DNA of 64,000 nucleotides from Mobula hypostoma. Taxonomy: Eukaryota. The position numbers were made by a program, and so were the translations under genes. Positions 37,867 through 49,010 of this stretch are shown piece after piece. Location of the stretch: positions 94,180,001 to 94,244,000 of the forward strand of contig NC_086107.1 of the NCBI RefSeq assembly GCF_963921235.1. Reading direction: 5' to 3'. Under the pieces are notes generated by a model. It saw nothing but the letters and a program-made list of their open reading frames with translations. It was not told the DNA's origin and did not search any database. Within the stretch, counting starts at the first letter, position 1, and the number at the start of each line of letters is the position of its first letter.

Positions 37867-39539
37867 CACTTCCTTTCTAGAATCATTCTAGAGGGCACAA
37901 CTGTACTTCAGTTCTAGAATCATTCAGCAAATCCCGCAGCACTGGAGTTTGTCTACACTATGACCACTTTGCACTGAAATAGAAATTTTCTTTTATTCTG
38001 AGTGTATTATTTCTTGGATAAATTGTGTGCAATTTGCTTTTTTTGTGAATGTCTGTGCCTGGTGATGTTGCTGCAATTAGATTTTTCATTGCACCTGTGC
38101 ACACGTGTACTTGTACAAATGGCAATAAACTCCATTTTGAGAAGGCTATGCTTTTCCTTAACATTCCCAACTTTAAACACACAGGCACCGAGCTCCCCCA
38201 TGGGCTTGTGGCTCCTAGATTTGGACTTTGGCATGTGGAGGAATACAGTCATTACACAGGGGATTCTCTGTGAATGGACTCTAGCTGATATACATGCAGT
38301 GGCCACTTTATTAGGTACACCTGGTTACTAATGCAAATATCTAATCAGCCAATCAATGCATAAACACATGCAGACATGGTCAAGAGGTTTGGTTGGTATT
38401 CAGACCAAACATCAGAATGGAGAAGAAATGTGATTTAAGTGACTTTGACCATGGATTAATTGTTCGTGCCAGACGGGGTGGTTTGAGTATCTCAGAAGCT
38501 GCTAACCTTTGGGATTTTCACACACAACAGTCTTCAGAGTTTACAGAGAATGGTGCAAAAAGCAAAACAAAAAAATCCAGTGAGTGTCAGATCTGTGGAT
38601 AAAATGCCTTGTTAATGAGACAGGTCAGAGGAAAATAGCCAGACTGGTTCAGCTAACAGGAATCTGACAGAAGTAACTCAAATAACTACAGTAGTATGCA
38701 GAAGAGCATTTTTGAACGCGCAACATGCTGAACCTAGAAGTAGATGGGCTACAGCAGAAGACTACGACATACAGAAATACAGTCAGTGACTTTATTAGAC
38801 ATCTCCTGTACCTGATAAAATGGCCACTGAGTGCACAGCATGATCCTTTAGAAACACAGAGCAACCTAAAGCAGACCGTGTAAAAGTACCTCACTGTTCA
38901 GAAACCACAGCAGTTTTAAACTTCTCCAAACTAACTATTTACCCAAGAGAAAAGTTCGGATACACAGGAAACTCTCTTTAATCCAGTGTTCACCGTTCCT
39001 CTTTAAAAGGGACATTTGCCATTCTGGTATTGGTATATTATTACCGCAGGTACCAAGACACAGTGAAAAACTTTAGTTTTGTGTGCCATCCGGACAGATC
39101 ATTCCAATCATAAGTGCAGCAGTTAGCGTAACGCTTTACAGCACCAGCAATCTGGTTTCGATTGCCACTGCTGCCTGTAAGGAGTTTGTACGTTCTCCCA
39201 GTGACCGCGTGGGTTTCCTCTGGGTGTTCTGGTTTCCTCCCACATTCCAAAGACGTATAGGTTAGGGTTAGCAAGTTACAGGCGTACTATGTTGGCGCGG
39301 GAGCATGGTGTCACTTGAGGCTGTCCGAGCACGTCCTCGGATTGTGTTGGTCATTGACACAAATGATGCATTTCACTGTATGTTTCGATGTATATGCGAC
39401 AAATAAAGCTAATCTTTAGTCTTAGTACATCATAATGAAAAAGAAAATAGAATGTAGAATATAGCAACATACACAAAATGCTGGAGGAACTCAGCAGTCA
39501 AGCAGCATCTCTAGAAAGGAATAAACAGTCAACATTTTC

Positions 39540-40340
39540 AGAATCAGAATCACTTTATTGCCAGTTTGTAAAACATCCCAGAATTGATTGTCATTTGGTG
39601 CCAAGCAAAAAAACACTGGACAATACCATAACAGATAACATAATGGCAGCCAACAAGTAGCAGAATGGTCACGTGCGCAGATGTTTTTTGAACAGACTCA
39701 ATAATTATCAACCAAACAAGGAGAGCAGGAAAGATGCTGTGTAGGGACAGTTAGGGTATTACATTTGAGTGAGTTTTGTAGAGAAGCTGGATAGCTACAG
39801 GAAAGAATCTTCGGAGATGGTGTATACTCCTAGTGGTGATGGACTTGTAGCATCTCCCTGATTTCAATTTGGTTAATAGGTGACTGTTAGGGTGGGTGGA
39901 GTTAGCAGCAATTTTTTCAGCTCTTTTCTTCATTCTAGTGATGAACAGGTCTTTAAATGTTGGTGGCTGGCAACCAATGATCCTCTCTGCTGAGTGGACC
40001 ACTCACTGCAACCTGGACTTGGAGGGGGAGGAGGCAGCGGGAAACCAGATGGTCACAATACTCTCAATGATGGCCAAGTAACAATACATCAGGATTCGCC
40101 CTGAGAAATCAAGTTTCCAAAGCTGGTGTAGAAAGAACAATCTCTGCCGGGCTTTCCTAGCGATGAGTGTAATATGCTTGTCTCACTTCAATGTATTGGT
40201 AATGGTAGTCCCCAGGAATTTGAGTGACTCAACCACAGAAACAGCCTGAACGTTAATTTCCAAGGGGTGAGGACAGGTAGAGGGTTGTTGGTGGAAGCCA
40301 ATCCTCATTTCCACTGTCTTGATAGCATTTAAGCTCCGAG
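39540..40340 (-). mobile_element. Rex1/Babar-type LINE 3' fragment
   Basis: VHSAERIIGC.....DL...RMKKRAEKI...THP...L...L.SGRCYKSI.TR....RRFFP.AI. Confidence 0.8.
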
Positions 40341-42328
40341 TTGTGGGCTGAGGCTTCATTTTGTGTTAATGCAGAAGAGTGTTACAGAGAAAGTGTGGTG
40401 CAGGTAGACAAATAAAGTGCAGAGGTGACAATGAGATAAACTGGGAGATCAAGAGATCAATTTTTCCCAGCAAGGAAATGGCTAATATCAGGGGCATAAT
40501 TTTTAGGTGATTGGAGTAAAGTATAGGAGGGATTTTAGAGCTACATTTTTTTTACTGAGGGTGCTGATTGTGTGGTACACCTTTGGCAGAGTGGTGGTAG
40601 AAGTAGATACATTAAGGACATTTAAGATACTCACTCTTTTTCTTAGAAAGGAAAATGGAGGTCTATGTGGGATGGAAGGGTTAGATTGATCTTAAAGTAA
40701 GTTAAAAGGTTGGCCCAACACTGCAGACTCAAAGACCTGTAATATTGTATTTTCTATAAATGACAGAGCAAAGTATTACAGGATTGTTGAACTCTGTCCA
40801 AGCATAAATTACTGCTGAAAGGCATAGTGACAACACATTTTTAAGAACTTTACAATGAACTTTTCTTACTGTCCATTACGCCGTTAGCATTTAGGGCAGC
40901 AATGAATGTCCTCCATCTCAGGTTGCATACATTATTATGGACCCTATCTCCCAGGACATGCCCTCTTCTCATTGTTACCATCAGGAAGGACGTACAGAGG
41001 CCTGAAGGCACACATTCAGTGATTCAGGAAGAGTTTCTTCCCCTATGCCATCCGATTCCGAAATGGTCATTGAACGCATGAACACTACCTCACTTTTAAA
41101 AAAATATATTATTTCTGTTTTTGTACTATTTTTAATTTAACTATTTAATATACATATATACTTACTGTATTTGATTAATTCCTTTTTTCCCCTAAATTAT
41201 CATATATTGCTTTCTACTGCTGCCACTAAGTTAACAAATTTCGCAACATATGCCTGTGATATTAAACTTGATTCTGATTCCTTCATCATGTCAGTAGTTT
41301 CCGCTCGGTTTTCACTACTGTCAATCATGCAAATTCTGGACGGAGATTCAGGAATGCAATTGCACTCAGATGTAGAAGGAATCTCCGTTGCTGATTCTGC
41401 AACGATTTTGTTTTACCCGACTTCAGCCAGCGTAGCTCTCCAGATAAATGAGGCACGCAAGCTTCCAAACCACAGCAAGGCTGTGGTCCTCCTGGAGGTT
41501 ACAATGAGCCTGGAAGACAGCAACTTCCTCCGACATTAAAAGAGAGGCTTAGTTTTGGGATGGGGGAGAACAGCATAATGATCCAACCAGCACGTTGAGG
41601 CAACGCACTCGACGGCAATGCAGTTGTAGTGGGGAGGGGGGTAGAGGGGGACACAATCTGCCATTCATCACTTCGTCTTGGCCAAGAGGGTCAGTGAAGG
41701 GATCCAATCTTCAGCCAAGACCAAATTTATACTGCCAGCTAAAACTGCCGTCCTGGGAACAGTTGCCTCCTCGGCGTCTTTCACTTCCTCCTTCAGGTTG
41801 TCAGTCCGTGCTGAAGCATTTAATAATGGAAGTGAAGGGTGAGGCAGAGCTTTAGCCTTGTGGTGAGTGACAGCAGAGTGCAACACGTCAACATTGGTTT
41901 CCCGTCCCAACAATGTAGAGTAGTGCAGTTCTCTGAACCTTCATGGAAATAATTTCTTCACAAACAAGTGGGAAACTTTAAATAGCTCCGACACAAATTC
42001 AACTCAAAGCTAATGATTTACTTTAAAAATGCTTAGACTGCACTTACACAGCACTTTTTCTAACTATGTCGCAAAGCACTAGAGGCCAGTAATATCATGA
42101 AGGATCCACCCACCCTGCTCGTGGATTGTTTGTCCCACTCCCATCAGGGAAAAGGCTGTGTAACATCCATGCCAGGACCACCAGACTCAAAAATAGTTAC
42201 TTCTCCCAAGCAGTAAGACTGACCAACACCTCCACCCATTAACCTACCCCACCACCACTACTTCACCATTCCCTGTCAGCCACTTTACGTACAGACACAC
42301 TTGTACCTAGTGTCACTTCATGTATATA

Positions 42329-42923
42329 CGAGGGGTGATTGATAGGTTCGTGGCCTAAGGTAGGAGGAGTCAAATTTAGAAAACCTAGCACATTTATTTT
42401 TCAACATAGTCCCCTCCCGCATGTACACACTCCTTAGTCCAGCGGCCGTGGAACATATGGATCCCTTCTTTGTAGAAGTGGTCCACAGCAGGGGTGATTG
42501 ATAAGTTCGTGGCCTAAGGTAGAAGGAGATGAGTTATTAACTTCAAACTTTCTGCATTATCACTCAAAGAGTTGAACTGCACGTGCATGTGATGAGAGCG
42601 CCTTGGACCTCCAGGTGGTCCACAGCAGGGGTGATTGATAAGTTCGTGGCCTAAGGTAGAAGGGGATGAGTTGTACAGCTCTCGTTACATGCATGTGCAG
42701 TTCAACTCTAAGTGAAAATCTCCTTCTACTTTAGGCCATGAACTCATCAATCAACCCTGCTGTGGACCACTTCTGGAGGTCCAAGACGCCGACCTACAAA
42801 GAAGGGATGCGTATGCTCCACGACCACTGGACTAAGTGTGTAAATGTAGGAAAAATAAATGTGCTAGGTTTTCTAAAATTGACTCCTTCTACCTTAGGCC
42901 ACAAACTTATCAATCACCCCTCA
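42329..42923 (+). mobile_element. Mariner-derived MITE with multiplied internal TIRs
   Basis: TA|cgaggggtgattgata...tatcaatcacccctca|TA. Remnant YKEGMRMLHDHWTKCVNVG resembles a mariner transposase C-terminus. Confidence 0.85.
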
Positions 42924-44401
42924 TACAATTGATCTATGCATATGAGCTATCCTAAGTATTTATGTTTATTGTGTACTTTAACTCAGTGTGTTTTTTTTAT
43001 TGCTGAATCAGATCCAGAGTAATATTTTTCTCATTCTCCTTTTCACTTGTGTACTGGAAATAATATTAAACAATCTTGAACATAGCCCAGTACAGCACAA
43101 GAACAGGCTCTTGTATTGTGCTGAACCAATTAAATTAATAATGCAAATGGCTAACTAAACTAATCCCTTCTGCCTACATAATGTCTATATCCTTTATTTC
43201 CCTCAGATTCTGTGTCTACCGAAACATCTCTTTAATGTCCCTAATGTATCTGCCTCTACCATCACCCCGGGCAGCGCATTCCAGGTACCCACCAGTATCA
43301 GTGTAAAAAGTACTTGTTCCTCACACCTCCTTTGAACTTGCCCCCCTCACCTTAAATGCATGCCCTCTGGTGTTAAACATTTCAACAATGGGGAAAAAGG
43401 ATACAGTCTACTCTAATTATGCCTCTCATAATCTAAACAGATAAACGTGTTGTAATGTAACCTACAAATCCTTGCGACTCTCTGGGAAAGGTCAAAGCCC
43501 AACATCTGCAGGCCCAAGTCTGCTGGAGGGCTGCCCTGGGGTTTAAAGGACTGTGCATGTTTGTGGGTGGGAGTGAGTGAGATATGGGGCCTGTTTTACT
43601 GTTGTTGTTTTGTTATTTATTTTATTCTGTTTTGCTCCGCTGAACATTGTGGACATGCTATGTCAGCGCCTGAACGTTTGGCAACATTTGTGGGCTGCTC
43701 CCAGCATACCCTTGGTTGGTTGTTAAACCAAATGAAGCATTTCACTGTTTGTTTCGAAAGACATGTGACAAATAAACTTGAATTTTGAAAAATGCTTATT
43801 TATTTATTTTTATTGAGATGCCACAAGGAATAGGCCCTTTGAGCCACACAGTCCAGCAATCCCCAATTTAATCCTAATCTAATCACAGGACAATTTTCAT
43901 TGACCAATTAACCTACCAACCAGTAGGTCTTTGGACTGTGGGAGGAAACCGGACCACCCAGAGGAAACCTATGCAGTCACCGGGAGAACATAAAAGCTCC
44001 TTACAGACAGCGACGGGAAATGAACCCGGGTCCCCTGTATTGTAAGGTGTTGTGCTAACCACTACGCTACCATGCTGCCCCTTACGTTGTTGATGCAGGG
44101 TCACAGAACTGCACTAGATGTAAAGCCTTTCACGAATAACCTGGAGGTGATGAATGGCACTATATAAACACAGGAATAAAGATCCGAAGGTGCCGTATGC
44201 ATTAACTGCTGCTCATCCACAGATGCTGTCCAACCCATGGAATGCTTACAATATATTCTGCTTTTGAGTACATAAATGCAAACCTCTTATTTCAAGGATC
44301 AACACGCATTAGGAATTTGCTGCATTCAACATTCAACAATTATAAGAAGAGTTCTTTAAAAAAATAAAGAATTACATAGAAAACAAAAACACTAATAAAG
44401 T

Positions 44402-44592
44402 TACACACATAAAAGTTGCTGGTGAACGCAGCAGGCCGGGCAGCATCTCTAGGAAGAGACTGACGAAGGGTCTCGGCCTGAAACGTCGACTGCACCTCTT
44501 CCTAGAGATGCTGCCTGGCCTGCTGTGTTCACCAGCAACTTTTATGTGTGTTGCTTGAATTTCCAGCATCTGCAGAATTCCTGTTGTTTGCG
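44402..44592 (+). mobile_element. Short Penelope-type pLTR insertion with inverted 5' segment, hammerhead core and 13-bp TSD
   Basis: Arms 44403-44458 and 44496-44551 are inverted repeats. The loop holds CTGACGA...GAAACGTC. ACACTAATAAAGT occurs at 44389-44401 and 44593-44605. Confidence 0.85.
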
Positions 44593-46731
44593 ACACTAAT
44601 AAAGTGAGAGCTTTAAGGACAGATATGGAATAAATAAACAGCAACGTGTATTTACAATGCAAACGGCATTATGAAACTGACAAGGAGTCTCAGCCCGCAA
44701 TGTCGACTGTTCATTTCCTCCATAAATGCTGCCTGACCTGCTGCGTTCCTCGAGGATTTTGTGTGCGTTGCTCTGGATTACCAACAGTTGCAGAACCTCC
44801 TGTGCTTACGAGCATTATAAAAAGTGGCTTAAAGTGATTACAGTTCAATACAGTGATGGGGGCAATAGATGGTGGGGGGGGGGGAGACTTCTAACTAGAA
44901 TGGTTGATCAAATTAACTGCTTGGGGGAAAAAACTTTTACAATGGTGTGAAGAGTAAAGCACAAAAACATCTTAAGAGTCAGGAAAGATGTGTGTTTGTT
45001 ACATCTTCTAATGGATATACAAGTATCCTTTTCTACCTTTTCAATATCTCGGCTGCTTTTCGAAAGCTGCACTCCTCGCTCCTCAGGGGACAGGCATTTA
45101 AGCTGAGAGGGGAAAAGTTTTTTTTAAAACGAGAGTGGTAGGTGCCTGGAACAGGCTGCCAGGAGTCGTGGTGGAAGCAGATAAAATACGGGCACCGTAG
45201 ACACATGAATATAAAGCAATTCTATGTCCGCCATCTTCATTGGGACCCTACCACCAAGCACACCTTTATCTCTCCCACGCTCACTCTTCACTTTCCACAG
45301 GGATGGCTCCCTCTGTCATTCCCATTCATCCCTCCCCACTAATCTCCCTCCAGGCACTTATCTCCACAAATGACAGAAACACTACAGTTGCCGTCTTCCC
45401 TCACTTTCTTTCAGGACCCAGGTGAGGAAACCTGGGAATCTGTGGGGTTGCCTATTGTACCCGGTGCCCCTGATAAGTCCTCCTCTGCATCGGTGAGACC
45501 CGACGTAAATTGGGCTTCGCCTTGTCAAGCACCTTCAGGTCCATCCACCAAAAGCAGAATTTCCCGGTGGCCAACCATTTTAATTCCTATCCCCATTCCA
45601 GTTCCAGCTATGGCCTCTTATTTTGCCACGATGAGGCCACTCTTAGGGTGGAGGAACAAGACCTCATATTCCATCTGGGTAGCCTCCAACCTGATGGCAT
45701 GAGCATGGCATTCTCTTTCCAGTACTTTTTTCCCCCCTTTTCTTCTCCCCTCTTCCCTCTTTTTCTGTTCCCACTCTGACCTCTTTCCCTCACCTGCCTA
45801 TCACCTCCCCCTGTTGCCCCTCCTTCTTCCTTTTCTCCCATGGACCACTCTCCTCTCCTATCAAATTCTTTCTTCACCAGCCCTTTATCTTTCCCACCCA
45901 CCTGGCTTCACCTATCGTCTTCTAGCTTGTCCTCCTTCCCCTCCTCCCAATGTTTTTATTCTGATGTCTCTTCCTTCCTTTCCAGTCCTGATAAAGGCTC
46001 TCAGCCCAAAAGGTCAACTGTTTATTCATTTCCATAGACGCTGTTTGACCTGTTGAGTTCCTCCAGCATTTTCAGTGTGTTGCTCTGGACATGCAGAGCA
46101 TGGAGGCACCTGGATCATATGCAGGCAGAAGGGAAAGTTTATTCTGGCATCGTCTTTTGAGCAGAAGTTGTGGGCTTAAAAGCCTGTTCCTGTTCTATAA
46201 GAAAAGCAGCCAAATAATCAAAGATCCTTCCCACCCTATGCATTCTCTCTTCTCCTTCCTCCTACTGGGCAGAAGAAACAAAAGCCTGAAAGCACATACC
46301 ACCAGGCTCAAGGACACCTTCTACCCCGCTGTTATCAAGCAAGTAACATAAAATGGACACTTGTTCTCACAATCAACCCCTTCATGGTTCTTGCATCCTG
46401 TGGTCTGTTTGCAGTACACTTTCTGTGCAACTGTACCACTTCATTCTGGACTCTGTTGTTGTTTTTCCCTTGTACTACCTCGATGTTCTGATATGATGAA
46501 ACAATCTATATAGACAGCATGCAAAACCAAGCTTTTTCAGTGTACCTCGGTCCATGTGACAACAACAGACCATTCGGCACGACGTTTTCAGAGAAAGCCA
46601 ACAAATATTGATAACCGAACTCAGGTTTAAAAGCAAACAACAGGAATTCTGCAGATGCTGGAAATTCAAGCAACGCACATCAAAGTTACTGGTGAACGCA
46701 GCAGGCCAGGCAGCATCTGTAGGAAGAGGTG

Positions 46732-46769
46732 TAGTTGACGTTTCAGGCCGAGACCCTTCGTCAGGACTA
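46732..46769 (-). ncRNA. Minimal type I hammerhead ribozyme motif in a Penelope-type terminal repeat
   Basis: tagtc-CTGACGA-a-gggtctcggcct-GAAA-cg-TC-aacta: CUGANGA and GAAA core boxes, stem II, palindromic ACGU stem III and GUC cleavage triplet. Stem I has one mismatch. Confidence 0.7.
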
Positions 46770-46984
46770 ACTGAAGGAACAGTGAGTCAGGTTTAAAAGA
46801 CAATTTTAATATTGCCCGAGTTCAGTCCTTCGGCTTTATGGGCGTGAGGGCCTCTTAGTTCTCTGTAAGTGATAGGAGTTTAGACTTCCTGGGCATCAAG
46901 AGATACAAGGATGTTATCTGTCCAGTTATTCTGCTGCCTTTTGGGTGATCATTAATATTTTAAGAATTTTTATGGGCCATTTAG

Positions 46985-49010
46985 AATCAGAATCAGGTTT
47001 AAAATCACTGGCATTTGTTGTGAAATCTGTTGTTTTGCAGCAGCAGTACAATGCAATAAATAATAACTATAAATTACAATAAGTATATATAAAAATAAAC
47101 TGAATAAACAGAAGCAGAGGGAAAAATAATGAGGTCATGTTCATGGATTCATTGTCCATTCAGAAGTCTGATGGTAGAGGGGAAGACGCTGTTCCTGTAC
47201 CATCAGGCTCCTGTACCTGCAGCCCGATGGAAGTAATGTGGAGAGAGCATGTCCTGGGTGATTGGGTCCTTACTGATGATGCCAACTTTTGAGGCATCAC
47301 CTTTTGAAGATGTCCTCATTGCTGGGGAGGCTAGTGCCCATGGAGCTGGTTGCGTTTACAACTTTCTGCAACCTTTTCTAATCTTGTGCAGTGGCCCCTC
47401 TGCATCAGATTGTGATGCAACTGGTTAGAATGTTCTTCATGGTACATCTGTAAAAATTTGTGAGTGTCTTTGGTGACATACCTATTAGCCCATAAGATAT
47501 AAGAGCAGAATCAGGCTATTTGGCCCATCAAGTCTGCTCCGCCATTTCATCATGGCAGATCCAATTTTCCTCTCAACCCCAATCTCCCGCCTTCTCGCCA
47601 TATCCTTTCATGCCTTGACCAATCAAGAATGTATCAACCTCTGCCTTAAATATACATAAAGACTTGGCCTCCACAGCTGCCTGTGGCAAAGTGTTCCACA
47701 GATTCAGAATCTCAGGCTAAAGAAATTCCTCATCTCTGTTCAAAAAGGATGCCACTCTGTTATGAGCCATGTCCTCTAGTCTTAGACTCTCCCACCATGG
47801 GAGACATCCTCTCCACATCTACTTTATCAAGGCTTTTCACAATTCTCCTCATACTCCTAATAAAACATAGCCACTGTTGTACCAGCTTTGTAACTGCATC
47901 AATATGTTGAGACTCAGAAATGTTGACACCCAGGAATTAGAAACTGCTCATCCTTTCCATTTCTGAATCCTCAATGAGAACTGGTTTATGTTCCCTTGAC
48001 TTCCTCTTCCTGAAGTCCATAATTAATTCCTTGGTTTTACTGCTGAGTACGACGTTGTTGCTGTGATGTCACTCAACCAGCTGATCTTTCTCACTCCTGT
48101 CTACCTCCCTGTCACCATCTGAAATTCTGCCAACAATAGTTGTGTTGTTGGCAAGTTTATAGATGGTGATTGAGCTGTGCCTAGCCACACAACTGTGGGT
48201 GTAAAGAGAGCAGAGCAGTGTGCTAAGCACGCATCGAGGTGCACCAGGGCTGATTGTCAGCAAAGAGGTGGTATTATTCCTGACTCTGGTCTCTCAGTGA
48301 GGAAGTCAAGGATCCAGATGCAAGGGGAGGTACAGAGACCCAGGTTTTGATGCATGTTGATTAGAACTTAGGGTATGATTGTGCTGAATGCTGAACTGTA
48401 GTCAATATAACAGCAACCTGACATAGGTATTACTATTGTCCATGTGCTCCAAGGTCAAGTGGAGAGCCAGTGCAATTGCATCCGCTGTAGATCTATTGCG
48501 ATGAAAGGCAAATTGCAGTGGGTCCAGGTTCTTGTTTAGACATGAGTTGATTCTAGCCATGCCCAACCTCTCAAAGTGCTTCTTCACAGTTAATGTGAAT
48601 GCCACTGGGCTATAGTCATTGAAGCAGCTCACCCTGCTCTTCTTGGCAATGCTATGATTGTCACCCATTTGAAACAGATGGGAACCTCGACTGCAGCAGT
48701 GAGAGATTGAAAACGTCCTTCAATGCTCCTGCCAGTTGGTTGACAGAGGTTTTCAGAGTCTTACCAGGTAAACCATAAGGACCTGACGCCTTCTTCACCT
48801 TCTTGAAAGATATTCTGACGTTAGCTTCCGAGACTGATCACAGGGTCACCAGATGCTGCAGGGATTCGCAGGGATGAAGTTTTATTCTCCCTTTCAAAGT
48901 GTGCATAAAAGGCATTGAGCTCATCTGGGAGTGAAGCATCACTGCCATTCAAGATACTAGGTTTTGCATTGTAAGTAATGGCCTGCAAACCCTGCCAGAG
49001 ATGACGTGCT
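46985..49010 (-). mobile_element. Rex1/Babar-type LINE (~1.6 kb) interrupted by a CR1 3' fragment (~47490-47845)
   Basis: NDYSPVAFT...KHFERL....INSCL...LDPLQFAFHRNRSTADAI...TYVRLL; GAPRCVLS.LL.SLYTH.C. Confidence 0.85.

Noticed and set aside
38325..38345. Octamer ATGCAAAT here and at ~28603 and ~43141
   Set aside because: These lie within transposon-derived sequence, so they are not evidence of a specific enhancer.
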